Shown here: piece by piece, positions 52,005-60,972 of the stretch
Layout of the letters: every line of letters begins with the position of its first letter
Position numbering within the stretch: the stretch's first letter is position 1
Source: an uncultured Verrucomicrobiae bacterium
GTDB lineage: Bacteria > Verrucomicrobiota > Verrucomicrobiia > Chthoniobacterales > Chthoniobacteraceae
NCBI GenBank assembly: GCA_963828525.1
Contig: CAWHEP010000009.1
Span: 349,788 to 413,787, forward strand
Direction of reading: 5' to 3'
DNA length: 64,000 nt
The notes under the pieces: model-generated
What the model saw: the letters and a program-made list of their open reading frames with translations, nothing else
The model's database searches: none
Told to the model about the DNA's origin: nothing
Position numbers and translations under genes: made by a program

Positions 52005-52033
52005 TTGCGGAAATCCGGCAAACTGTCTATAAT
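52005..52033 (+). promoter_or_regulatory. Putative sigma70 promoter for the deaminase-dnaX-ybaB operon
   Basis: TTGCGG-N17-TATAAT. Confidence 0.6.
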
Positions 52034-52086
52034 CCAGTGCTGATTCCCCGCACAGAATCGTGCACCTTCAGGATAAGAGGAATGAC

Positions 52087-52527
52087 ATGGATGACATAGA
52101 CGAGTTTATGCGCGCAGCAGTGGAGGAGGCCCGAAAAGGTCTTGCTGAAGGTGGTATTCCCATTGGTTCGGCACTGGCTCGCGGTGGAAAACTAGTCGCT
52201 TCAGGCCACAACAAGCGGGTGCAGGAAGGCGATCCGGTGACACACGCGGAGATTGATTGCCTGCGGAACGCGGGCCGGATCGGGAACTACAGAGGGGCCA
52301 TCCTCTACTCCACATTGATGCCTTGTTATCTTTGCGCGGGCGCGGTCGTGCAGTTTGGAATCGGCAAAGTCATCGTGGGAGAGAGCCGCACCTTCCCGGG
52401 AGCGGCGGATTTCATGAAGAGCCACGGAGTAGAGGTGGTGGACCTGGATTTGCAGGAGTGCGTCGACCTGATGAGTAATTTCATAAGAGATAATCCCGCT
52501 TTGTGGAATGAGGACATCGGGAAATGA
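52087..52527 (+). CDS. Fungal-type (Fcy1-like) cytosine deaminase / CDA-fold nucleoside deaminase
   Basis: EGGIPIG, GHNKRVQ, HAE, PCYLC, C-terminal WNEDIG. Confidence 0.88.
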   Translation: MDDIDEFMRAAVEEARKGLAEGGIPIGSALARGGKLVASGHNKRVQEGDPVTHAEIDCLRNAGRIGNYRGAILYSTLMPCYLCAGAVVQFGIGKVIVGESRTFPGAADFMKSHGVEVVDLDLQECVDLMSNFIRDNPALWNEDIGK

Positions 52528-54245
52528 ATTACCAGGTTTTTGCGCGGAAATACCGCCCTCAAGACTTCGACTCAGTGGTGGGGCAGGAGCACATCACACG
52601 CACGCTGAAGAACGCCATCCTGCAAAACAGGCTTGCGCATGCCTATCTGTTCGTCGGCCCAAGGGGCGTAGGGAAGACTTCCACCGCGCGCATCCTCGCC
52701 AAGGCCCTAAACTGCGTTAGAGCGCCAACAGTGACTCCGTGCGGAGAGTGCGATGCCTGTCGCGAAATCGCTCAAGGTATCAGTCTGGACGTGCTCGAAA
52801 TCGATGGGGCGAGTAACAACGGCGTCGAGCAGGTTCGCGAACTGCGCGAGAACGTCCGTTTTGCTCCGACACGCGGGAAGTTCAAGATATACATCATCGA
52901 TGAAGTCCACATGCTGACTTCAGCCGCCTTCAACGCGCTTTTAAAAACGTTGGAAGAACCGCCGTCGCACGTGAAGTTCATCTTCGCGACGACGGAGCCG
53001 CAAAAAGTACTTGCCACGATCCTGAGCCGCTGCCAGCGCTTCGATCTCAGGCGGATTCCGGCTGCGGCTATCGTAAAGCACCTGCAGTTCATCGCGGGGA
53101 AAGAGGGCATCACACTGGAGGACGCCGCGGCTGCCTCGATAGCGAGAGGCGCGGAAGGAGGACTGCGGGACGCGGAGTCAATGCTGGATCAGCTTGTCGC
53201 GTTCTGCGGCGACAAAATCGTGGAGGAGGACGTCCTCTCCGTATTCGGTTTTACAGCCGAGCAAACCGTCTCCTTGCTCTGCTCACACATCCTGGCGGGG
53301 GGCTGTTCCCAAGCTTTGGGGGTGGTGCATCAGCAAGGGGAAGCGGGCAAGGATCTTTCGCGGCTGATGACCGACCTAATTTCTCACTTCCGGGATCTGC
53401 TTGTGCTCAAGGCAGATCCGCAAACGGTGAAAGAGGAGTTGGGAGAATCGCAAGCGGCACTCCTGAGGGAACAGGCTGAATCTATTTCGGTCGATCGATT
53501 GCTTGAGCTGATCGAACAGTTTGCCGCCGCCGAAAACCGGATGAAATGGGTGCCCAACAAGAAGCTTCATTTTGAAGTAGCGGTAATCAAGGCAATCCAG
53601 ACCTTGGGACAAACGACTCTTACAGAAGTCGTTGATATCCTTGCCGAACTCCGTGGCTCAACCGCAGGCGCCGCGACTTCGAGCCCGCCGCCCCGTCGCG
53701 CTCCTGTTGCCGAGGCGAAGTCCCCTCCCGCCATCAGGCCGCCGGAAGCGAAACCGCCTGTCGCCGCATCTTTCGCCAGCGAGACAAAGCCTCGGGAAGG
53801 TGTCTCACAACCCGCCGCCCCGGAGGCAGTTTCCATTGTTGCGAAAGAGGAACCTCAAGGGGCTCTCCCACTGGAAGGCGCCGCCATCTGGCCAGCCGTT
53901 CTGGATGCGGTGAGAGAGCGCCGCCGCTTCATCAGCTCGTGGGTGGAAGCTGGCGCCCTGCTCCGCGTGGAGGGAAAAACCTGCCTAATCGGCTTCCCAA
54001 AGGATCAGGCGCTGGCTTTGGAATCGCTGATGCGCCCGGCCAATCGAACATTCATCGAAGATTTACTGTCTGAGATCGGCGGCCGGCCCCTCACGATTCG
54101 CTGCGAGTTGAAGGATGATCTCGTTGTCGCGCCTGTCCCCGAGGCTCCTCCCCGCGCGGCGCCCGATCCCATGGAGGCGTTGCGGAACGATCCGCTCATA
54201 CAAAAGGCGCTCGAAATCTTTAAGGGCGAGATCCAGCCCGCCTAA
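52524..54245 (+). CDS. dnaX: DNA polymerase III subunit gamma/tau
   Basis: ARKYRPQ, GPRGVGKTS, Zn-binding Cys cluster, DEVHML, SRC, GGLRDA. Confidence 0.97.
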   Translation: MNYQVFARKYRPQDFDSVVGQEHITRTLKNAILQNRLAHAYLFVGPRGVGKTSTARILAKALNCVRAPTVTPCGECDACREIAQGISLDVLEIDGASNNGVEQVRELRENVRFAPTRGKFKIYIIDEVHMLTSAAFNALLKTLEEPPSHVKFIFATTEPQKVLATILSRCQRFDLRRIPAAAIVKHLQFIAGKEGITLEDAAAASIARGAEGGLRDAESMLDQLVAFCGDKIVEEDVLSVFGFTAEQTVSLLCSHILAGGCSQALGVVHQQGEAGKDLSRLMTDLISHFRDLLVLKADPQTVKEELGESQAALLREQAESISVDRLLELIEQFAAAENRMKWVPNKKLHFEVAVIKAIQTLGQTTLTEVVDILAELRGSTAGAATSSPPPRRAPVAEAKSPPAIRPPEAKPPVAASFASETKPREGVSQPAAPEAVSIVAKEEPQGALPLEGAAIWPAVLDAVRERRRFISSWVEAGALLRVEGKTCLIGFPKDQALALESLMRPANRTFIEDLLSEIGGRPLTIRCELKDDLVVAPVPEAPPRAAPDPMEALRNDPLIQKALEIFKGEIQPA

Positions 54246-54252
54246 CTACTTT

Positions 54253-54567
54253 ATGAACATACAAAAGATGATGAAGCAGGCGCAGAAGATGAAGGAAGAC
54301 CTGGCAAAGACGCAGGCAGACCTTGCGGACAAGACGGTCGAGGTTACGGCAGGCGGTGGCAAGATCACCGTCGTAGCAAATGGAGCCGGGGAAGTTCTCT
54401 CGATCAAGCTGAGCAAGGAGATTGTCGATCCGAACGATGTCGAAATGCTTGAAGACCTCATCCTCAGCGGAGTCAAACAGGCGATTTCCAAGGGCAAGGA
54501 ACTGGCGGAAAGCGAAATGAACAAGATCACAGCGGGTTTGGGGCTTCCCCCCGGCTTCGGCTTCTGA
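54253..54567 (+). CDS. ybaB: YbaB/EbfC nucleoid-associated protein
   Basis: MNIQKMMKQAQKM...AGGG...DPNDVEMLEDLI; follows dnaX. Confidence 0.94.
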   Translation: MNIQKMMKQAQKMKEDLAKTQADLADKTVEVTAGGGKITVVANGAGEVLSIKLSKEIVDPNDVEMLEDLILSGVKQAISKGKELAESEMNKITAGLGLPPGFGF

Positions 54568-54599
54568 TCTAAAGAAATCTCAAATCAAAGAAAGCACGC

Positions 54600-54704
54600 A
54601 TGGGACAACAATATAATAAGCTGATAAAACGCCGCCGCCGCCACGCTTACCTGGAACGCAAAAAGGCGGCTTTAGTCGCCAGCCGGCCACCGGCGAAAAA
54701 GTAA
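54600..54704 (+). CDS. Small highly basic protein (34 aa)
   Basis: Below the ORF cutoff: MGQQYNKLIKRRRRHAYLERKKAALVASRPPAKK; A-rich upstream region; fills the ybaB-NYN gap. Confidence 0.6.
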   Translation: MGQQYNKLIKRRRRHAYLERKKAALVASRPPAKK

Positions 54705-54757
54705 CGCGGGCCTCGCATAGCCTTGCCGCGCCCGGGCGGTAACTGCGTCATACTTCA

Positions 54758-55201
54758 ATGAGCGCTCCCGTCCTCATCGTGGATGGCCATAGCATCATCT
54801 TTGGCTGGAGTGATCTGCGCAAAGCCCATTCCCGCAGCCCCGCGATCGGACGGCACATACTTGTAAAGCTCCTTGCCGAGTACCAGGACTTTACGGGCAC
54901 GCATGTGGTCGCCGTGTTCGATGGGAAGGGCGAGAGATCAGCCGAATGCGAGGAACCAGCACCCATACAGGTGTTCTATTCTGGCTCGGGACAGACTGCG
55001 GACGACGTCGTCGAGCGTCTGGTCGCGAGGTATGCGAGGGAGAGGGATATCACCGTGGCGACTTCCGACATGGTTGAACAGCAAACCGTGAGTTCGTTCG
55101 GAGCTCTGTGCATCTCGGCCGAAGGCCTAAAGGGTTTGCTGTGCGGCGCGCGCGTCGATCTCGAACGCGCGCTGAAAGTCACGCATCACGCCTCGAGATA
55201 G
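54758..55201 (+). CDS. NYN-domain (YacP/Rae1-like) ribonuclease
   Basis: LIVDGHS, VFDG, TADDVVE, VATSD. Confidence 0.88.
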   Translation: MSAPVLIVDGHSIIFGWSDLRKAHSRSPAIGRHILVKLLAEYQDFTGTHVVAVFDGKGERSAECEEPAPIQVFYSGSGQTADDVVERLVARYARERDITVATSDMVEQQTVSSFGALCISAEGLKGLLCGARVDLERALKVTHHASR

Positions 55202-55273
55202 GGTAAAACATTGACCACCTGTTAACGCGGCGTATGCTCCACCGAAAGCGGCCGCTTCATCCGCGATCCCGGC

Positions 55274-56401
55274 ATGGCGAAAGTCACTCTTCGAAACATC
55301 CAGAAGGTTTATAGCGGGAAACACGGCAGGCAGACGGTTGCCGTCAAAGATTTCAATTTAGAAGTAGCTGATCGCGAATTTGTGGTGCTCGTGGGTCCGT
55401 CGGGTTGCGGGAAAACCACCACGTTGCGCATGATCGCGGGTCTTGAGGACATCTCAGGAGGCGAGATCGAAGTGGATGGCAAGCGAGTGAACGACACTGC
55501 GCCAAAGGATCGGGATGTCGCGATGGTCTTCCAGAATTACGCGCTATACCCTCACATGACCGTGGAGCGAAACCTGGCTTTTGGGCTGCAGTTGCGCCGT
55601 CATCCGAAGGCAGAAATCAGCCGCCGCATTCGGGAAGCCGCGGCGATACTCGGAATCGAGCCCCTCCTGGACCGCCGACCGGCGGATCTTTCGGGAGGGC
55701 AGCGGCAACGCGTAGCTCTCGGCCGCGCGATTGTTCGGCAGCCGAAGGTCTTTCTCTTCGATGAGCCGCTCTCGAATCTCGACGCCAAGATGCGAGTGCA
55801 GATGCGAACTGAACTGACAAAACTCCACCAGCGCCTCCGCGCGACGATGATCTACGTAACCCACGATCAGATCGAGGCGATGACGATGGGTGATCGAATC
55901 GTTGTAATGCGCGAGGGAGTCATCCAGCAGATCGACGCTCCGCTGAAACTCTACCACCAGCCTGCCAATCTCTTCGTGGCCGGATTTCTTGGCAGTCCGC
56001 CGATGAATTTCATCTCGGGAAGACTAAAGGATGTTGGCGGCGCTTTGGTCTTCAAGGAAGCCGAAGGTGGCGTCATCGAATGCAAACTGCCCGAACAGGC
56101 GGCCGCAAAAGCTTACGTGGGTAAAGACGTGGTGCTCGGGTTGCGCCCCGAGGATATCGTGCTGACAGAAAACGCGGATCGTCCGCCCGGTAGTTGGTTT
56201 CAGGCGCTGATCGACGTCATCGAACCCATGGGACCAGAAACCAACTACTATCTCCAAACGGGCGCCCACGTAATCGTATGCCGGAATAACGCAGCGTCGC
56301 ATCTGAACGATGGGGGGCACCGAATTCGCTTTCAGATGAAGACGGAAAACGCCCACTTGTTCGACCCCGTAACGTCCGCGCGCATCGGTGGCGGACCGTG
56401 A
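55274..56401 (+). CDS. MalK/UgpC-family sugar ABC ATP-binding protein
   Basis: GPSGCGKTT, VFQNYALYPHM, LSGGQRQRVALGRA, DEPLSNLDAK, YVTHDQ; TOBE tail. Confidence 0.93.
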   Translation: MAKVTLRNIQKVYSGKHGRQTVAVKDFNLEVADREFVVLVGPSGCGKTTTLRMIAGLEDISGGEIEVDGKRVNDTAPKDRDVAMVFQNYALYPHMTVERNLAFGLQLRRHPKAEISRRIREAAAILGIEPLLDRRPADLSGGQRQRVALGRAIVRQPKVFLFDEPLSNLDAKMRVQMRTELTKLHQRLRATMIYVTHDQIEAMTMGDRIVVMREGVIQQIDAPLKLYHQPANLFVAGFLGSPPMNFISGRLKDVGGALVFKEAEGGVIECKLPEQAAAKAYVGKDVVLGLRPEDIVLTENADRPPGSWFQALIDVIEPMGPETNYYLQTGAHVIVCRNNAASHLNDGGHRIRFQMKTENAHLFDPVTSARIGGGP

Positions 56402-56700
56402 AATTCTTAATTCAAATCTCGCGAGGGCTTCTTTGGGACCGCCATTGGCGACGCAACGCGATGTTTGTCGTGGTTCTCGTCGCGCTGGCAATGTTATTTC
56501 TGGGAGCAACCTTTCTGGGAGGCCTTCTGAGGGAACATCCGGTGGTGTTCATCATCTACTGGGTGGCATGCGGATGGTTTGCATTTACCTCCATTTTGCT
56601 GGCCCTTTACGATCTGCTCGCGCTCCGTATTGAGGAGCGTGACTCCCGCCGGCGGCTCCACTCGGAAATATTTGGCGGTGGCGACAAGGACGATTCCTGA
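56398..56700 (+). CDS. Small two-TM membrane protein
   Basis: GTGA overlap with the upstream gene; two hydrophobic helices. Confidence 0.65.
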   Translation: MKFLIQISRGLLWDRHWRRNAMFVVVLVALAMLFLGATFLGGLLREHPVVFIIYWVACGWFAFTSILLALYDLLALRIEERDSRRRLHSEIFGGGDKDDS

Positions 56701-56709
56701 CACCCCGCC

Positions 56710-57453
56710 ATGCTATGCATCGGCCATCGCGGCGCCGCCGGACATGCCCCCGAGAATACAGTTCGCTCAGTGCGGATAGCCCTCGAACTGGGAGTGGCTG
56801 GCATCGAGATCGATGTTCATCTTGTGGGAGGCGAACTCCTGGTAATTCACGACGATAGCCTGGAACGCACCACTAACGGGCGGGGCTTGGTCTCCGACCG
56901 CTCCGTTGCAGACCTCCGCTCTTTGGACGCAGGGGATGGAGAGAAGATTCCTCTCCTGCGCGAAGTGTTTGATGCCACCTTGGGCCGCGCATTCGTCAAC
57001 GTGGAGTTGAAAGGGCGGAATACCGCTCTGCCAACCATGGCGCTCATCGCGCGATATATCGCTGAAAAACGAGCTCGCGCCGAAGATTTCCTGATCTCCT
57101 CATTCGACCACGCCGAACTTTCAAAGCTCTCAGAAACTGGGATTCGGCTAGCACCTTTATGGAAACGACCACCCACCTCGTGGCTTTGTGAGGCAAGAGC
57201 TCTCAACGCCTATTCAATCCACATAAGTTTGAACGGAGTTCAAGCCACCTTTGCGCGGCAGGCTCATGCGGAAAGCCTCAAAATTTTCGCCTACACCGCG
57301 AACTCACCGGCTGACATCCGCCACATGGAGGAAATGGGCGTGGACGGTGTATTTACCGATTTCCCGGACCGCGTTATTAGCGCGGGTTTGCCAACCACGC
57401 GAGGATATCCTGAGCCCAGTATGTCACGATCAGATCCGCGCCTGCCCTCTTGA
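56710..57453 (+). CDS. Glycerophosphodiester phosphodiesterase
   Basis: [42 protein letters not shown]. Confidence 0.93.
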   Translation: MLCIGHRGAAGHAPENTVRSVRIALELGVAGIEIDVHLVGGELLVIHDDSLERTTNGRGLVSDRSVADLRSLDAGDGEKIPLLREVFDATLGRAFVNVELKGRNTALPTMALIARYIAEKRARAEDFLISSFDHAELSKLSETGIRLAPLWKRPPTSWLCEARALNAYSIHISLNGVQATFARQAHAESLKIFAYTANSPADIRHMEEMGVDGVFTDFPDRVISAGLPTTRGYPEPSMSRSDPRLPS

Positions 57454-58358
57454 ACGCGGTCATCATTTCCATCACCGCCTCTCGTTCGTTGAGCCATCCA
57501 TTGGCCGCTGCCGCCTTGATCATGGCGTATTCACCGCTCACGTTGTAGACCGCCGTCGGGAGCTGGAAACGCTCCTTGACTCTCCAAAGGATGTCGAGAC
57601 ATGGCAGCCCGGGCTTGACCATAATCATGTCCGCCGATTCCTGGATATCCAGCGCCACCTCACGGAGGGCCTCGCGCGAATTCGCGGAATCCATCTGATA
57701 AGAGCGGCGGTCGCCAAACTGAGGAGCACTCTCCGCCGCTTCGCGAAATGGGCCATAAAACGAGGAACAAAACTTCGCGGCGTAACTCATGATGATTGTG
57801 TCTCTGAGTCCAGCCTCATCCAGCGCCGAGCGAATCGCTCCCACCCGGCCATCCATCATGTCGCTCGGGGCAACGATGTCGGCGCCGGCTGCGGCGTGCG
57901 ACACTGCTGTTTTCGCAAGAAGCTCAACCGATTCGTCGTTCAAGACGACCCCATCCCTCGCGATGCCGCAATGACCGTGGCTCATGTATTCGCACAGGCA
58001 CACATCTGTAATGACCACAAGCGAGGGAACCTCCCGCTTAAGCGCGCGCACGGTCCGCTGCACGATCCCGCTCTCGGCATAGGCCTGCGAGGCCATCTCA
58101 TCCTTTTGCAAAGGAATACCGAAGATAAGGACGCTTTCAACTCCAGCCCCAGCCGCTTCAACCGCAGCGCCTTGCACAGCCGTCCTCTGAAAACTGGAAG
58201 ACGCCTGGCATCGTTGAAACGGCCGTGTTCTCCCGTATTCTCTCGCTGACAAATAGCGGGAGCACGAAGTCATTTTGTTCAAATGATACCTCCCGCACGA
58301 GCTTGCGGATCTTCGGAGAGGAGCGGAGGCGGCGCGGACGGTGCGCTATATATTTCAT
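57377..58358 (-). CDS. hemB: Porphobilinogen synthase (frameshift ~58175)
   Basis: RPRRLR N-terminus (ORF 58158-58463); [42 protein letters not shown]. Confidence 0.95.
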
Positions 58359-58467
58359 TCCAGTCGAGGGTACAGCATTTTGCGCGCATCGCCAATAAGC
58401 TGGTTCGAGCCGATTTGTTTGAATCCTTTTCGTCGCCGAGCGTCGAACTAGATGGAACGACAACTAT

Positions 58468-59247
58468 ATGAAAAATCTTTTGACCTCGGCTATTTGTAGC
58501 TGCGCACTGCTGGCATCTGTTCCGTGGACTCACGCTGATGATGGCCATGGCAACGGGAGCCATGGAGGAGGGCAGGCGTCCCATTCTGGGGCGCAAGCAG
58601 CAGGGCATAACTTTGGGCACTCTTCCTCAACGGGAGGCCGGTCGTTGGGCAGTTCTGCCCCTCATTCTGGCGGATTTGTTCCCGGCGCGCGAAATAGCTA
58701 CACTTATTCCGGGGAGAGTCGGGGAGGCAACTTTGGGTCCGGTGGAGGCAATTCCGACCGTGGGGGCAACTTCGATCGAGGAAGTGGTCACTTCGACCGG
58801 GGAGGTGGGAGCTTCGGGAGAGGAGGCGGGAATTTCGGCAGAGGTGAGGAGCACTCGGACTGGGACCGGGGCAGAGAGCACTACTGGAATAACCATCACT
58901 ATCGCTGGTATGGAGACTCATGGATCATAATTGATCCCGGATTCTATGGGGGCTACGGCTATCCAGGCTATGGATACCCGGGGAACTATGGGTACAACAC
59001 CTACGAAGGTTACCCTGAGGGACAGTACCCAAGTTCGCGGTCCGGGTACCCCGCTGGAGTCAGTTCACGCTCCCTCAACGTCGAGGTTCAAAGGCACCTT
59101 GCCAGGCAAGGCTACTATCGTGGAGACATTGATGGCGTTCTGGGGCCGCAGATGAGCGCCGCAATAGCGCGCTACCAGCGAGACAATCGTTTGCCCGTGA
59201 CCGGCTCGGTAACAGGCCCGCTCCTCGACTCCCTCGGTATATCGTAA
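58468..59247 (+). CDS. Secreted Gly/Tyr-rich protein with C-terminal peptidoglycan-binding (PG_binding_1) domain
   Basis: Signal peptide; low-complexity body; VQRHLARQGYYRGDIDGVLGP...AIARYQRDNRLPVTG. Confidence 0.85.
   Translation: MKNLLTSAICSCALLASVPWTHADDGHGNGSHGGGQASHSGAQAAGHNFGHSSSTGGRSLGSSAPHSGGFVPGARNSYTYSGESRGGNFGSGGGNSDRGGNFDRGSGHFDRGGGSFGRGGGNFGRGEEHSDWDRGREHYWNNHHYRWYGDSWIIIDPGFYGGYGYPGYGYPGNYGYNTYEGYPEGQYPSSRSGYPAGVSSRSLNVEVQRHLARQGYYRGDIDGVLGPQMSAAIARYQRDNRLPVTGSVTGPLLDSLGIS
58723..58845 (+). repeat. Degenerate 18-21-bp coding tandem repeat (GGNFxRG)
   Basis: Six units: GGNFGSG GGNSDR GGNFDRG SGHFDRG GGSFGRG GGNFGRG. Confidence 0.75.
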
Positions 59248-59267
59248 ACTCAAAATCCCATACAGCT

Positions 59268-59516
59268 ATGAACATCCTGAGCAAAGTAAGCCTGGCCGCA
59301 GTCGCATGTGGCGCCCTCCTCCTCACTCCGTCCGCAAAGGCGGAATATGGGTGGCACAGGCATCACCGTCACTATTACGGATACAGCTACTTCCAGCCCG
59401 ACGTCTTTTACGGCGGACCCTGCTTCGTTCCGGGCCCTTGCAGCTACTATACCCCGAGATACTACGGCCCCTCTGTCGGGTTTAGCTTCGGGTTTGGCGG
59501 TCGCAGACGGTGGTAG
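59268..59516 (+). CDS. Small secreted His/Tyr/Gly-rich protein
   Basis: Signal peptide ending AKA; GWHRHHRHYYGY...GPSVGFSFGFGGRRRW. Confidence 0.7.
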   Translation: MNILSKVSLAAVACGALLLTPSAKAEYGWHRHHRHYYGYSYFQPDVFYGGPCFVPGPCSYYTPRYYGPSVGFSFGFGGRRRW

Positions 59517-59522
59517 GATTTA

Positions 59523-60893
59523 CTAGTTGCGCGAGCTGGGTTTTTTGGACGGTGCAAAGAATTTTTGGAGGGTAGTCTCGATTTTTTTCCATTCGGTCGC
59601 AGGAGGTTTCTTTCGGGGCTTCGCGTGTCGCCTGTGGATGTGCTGTTGGGTGGATACCCCAGGGTCTGGCGCGCTGTCGTCGCCGGGTGACGGATCTGGT
59701 TCGCTGGTCGCCGCGATATCAGGCGAACTGGTTGCTGAGGGCGCGGGCGCGATCTCGGGCTCCGAGGAAATCGCAGGCAAAGGACTTGTCTGCGGAGACG
59801 GAGTTGGGGCGGGGTGACCCTGAAGCAGTCCAGGAGGCGGGATCAGCGGCGTGGGATGTCCAATCTTAAACGCGGAACCGATACTCGCTGCCGCGACTGC
59901 GAGGCCACCCGCAATAAGCAAAACGCGCGAACCTGAGACACTTCTTGTAATGCCCTTCCCCGGCGGACAAGGACGCGCGAAGCCGGGAAGTTCCGCCAGC
60001 CATGCGACCTCCAGAGCGCTCTGCGGCCTGCCTTGAGGTTCCTTCGAAAGGCAGCGCGCTACCGTCTTCTCCCAAGACGGTGGAATCTGGATTCCGACCT
60101 TTCCAAGGGATTTGAGGCGTTCAGCAATCGTTGGAGGCTGGGTCTCCAGCACCTGCCGGGCTATATCACCGGTATAGAAGGGGGGTTTCGAAGTGAGCAG
60201 TTCGAAAAGAAGGGCGCCCAGGGCGTAAATATCGTCCAACGGCGATGGGGTCTGTCCCATCATCTGCTGTGGGCTCATATACGCGAGCGTCCCGCTGGAA
60301 TTGTGCCGAAGGCTGACATGGCTGAGCGAATCTCGCAGGCTGCACGCGATTCCAAAGTCCGTGATCTTCACCAAGCCGCGCGCGTTGACCATCACATTGG
60401 CGGGTTTTAGATCCCGGTGCGCGAGCTTGGCTGTTACGTGCGCGTGATGGATGGCTTCGCACACTTGTCCCAGCCATGGCGCCAGCGTTCGGGCGTCCAG
60501 TATTCCATTCTCCCGCTGGAGGCGGAGTTGCGTCAGCGTAAACCCGTCCACGTATTCCATCGAAATGGCTGCGGTCTGGTCATCCTCCACAAAATCATGA
60601 ATCCGGACGATATGCGGATGTGTCAATTCGAGGCTCCTCAGGGTCTCACGGCGAAGATCGTCCCGGGCAGCGGGATCCCGGTAGACCTCGTCAGGCAACA
60701 CTTTTAACGCCACATGGCGATCAAGCCGTTCATCACGGGCAAGCCATACAATCCCCATTCCGCCCCTGCCAAGGATGCGTTCGGCGGTATATCGCCCAAA
60801 CAGCTGCCGTCCGGGAGTTATCCCCCTTACTGTCTGAAGTTCCTCCACAGGTGAAACGGGTAAACTGAGAGGCTGCTGAACGCTGACCATCAA
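59523..60893 (-). CDS. Hanks-type Ser/Thr protein kinase with a TM segment and Pro-rich tail
   Basis: LGRGGMGIV, VALK, HRDLKPAN, DFG, GTLAYMSPQ, DIYALG. Confidence 0.94.
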   Translation of the reverse strand: MMVSVQQPLSLPVSPVEELQTVRGITPGRQLFGRYTAERILGRGGMGIVWLARDERLDRHVALKVLPDEVYRDPAARDDLRRETLRSLELTHPHIVRIHDFVEDDQTAAISMEYVDGFTLTQLRLQRENGILDARTLAPWLGQVCEAIHHAHVTAKLAHRDLKPANVMVNARGLVKITDFGIACSLRDSLSHVSLRHNSSGTLAYMSPQQMMGQTPSPLDDIYALGALLFELLTSKPPFYTGDIARQVLETQPPTIAERLKSLGKVGIQIPPSWEKTVARCLSKEPQGRPQSALEVAWLAELPGFARPCPPGKGITRSVSGSRVLLIAGGLAVAAASIGSAFKIGHPTPLIPPPGLLQGHPAPTPSPQTSPLPAISSEPEIAPAPSATSSPDIAATSEPDPSPGDDSAPDPGVSTQQHIHRRHAKPRKKPPATEWKKIETTLQKFFAPSKKPSSRN

Positions 60894-60920
60894 TGATCGA
60901 TTAGCAGTCTCTATGCCGTT

Positions 60921-60934
60921 TTAACGATCGTTAA
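60921..60934. promoter_or_regulatory. Perfect 14-bp palindrome in the divergent kinase/cyclase intergenic region
   Basis: TTAACGATCGTTAA is its own reverse complement. Confidence 0.5.
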
Positions 60935-60972
60935 CGAGTATTTGGCAGGCTCTTTGCTTTTGTTAAGCGCTG

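Noticed and set aside
52524..54245. Programmed -1 frameshift site in dnaX
   Set aside because: No A AAA AAG heptamer or long A-run was seen after domain III; CAAAAAG near 53001 is too short and lies inside the ATPase domain.
57377..57453. Functional convergent overlap of the phosphodiesterase and hemB
   Set aside because: The extra C-terminal residues after TDFPDRV look like simple run-on or another indel, with no evidence of function.
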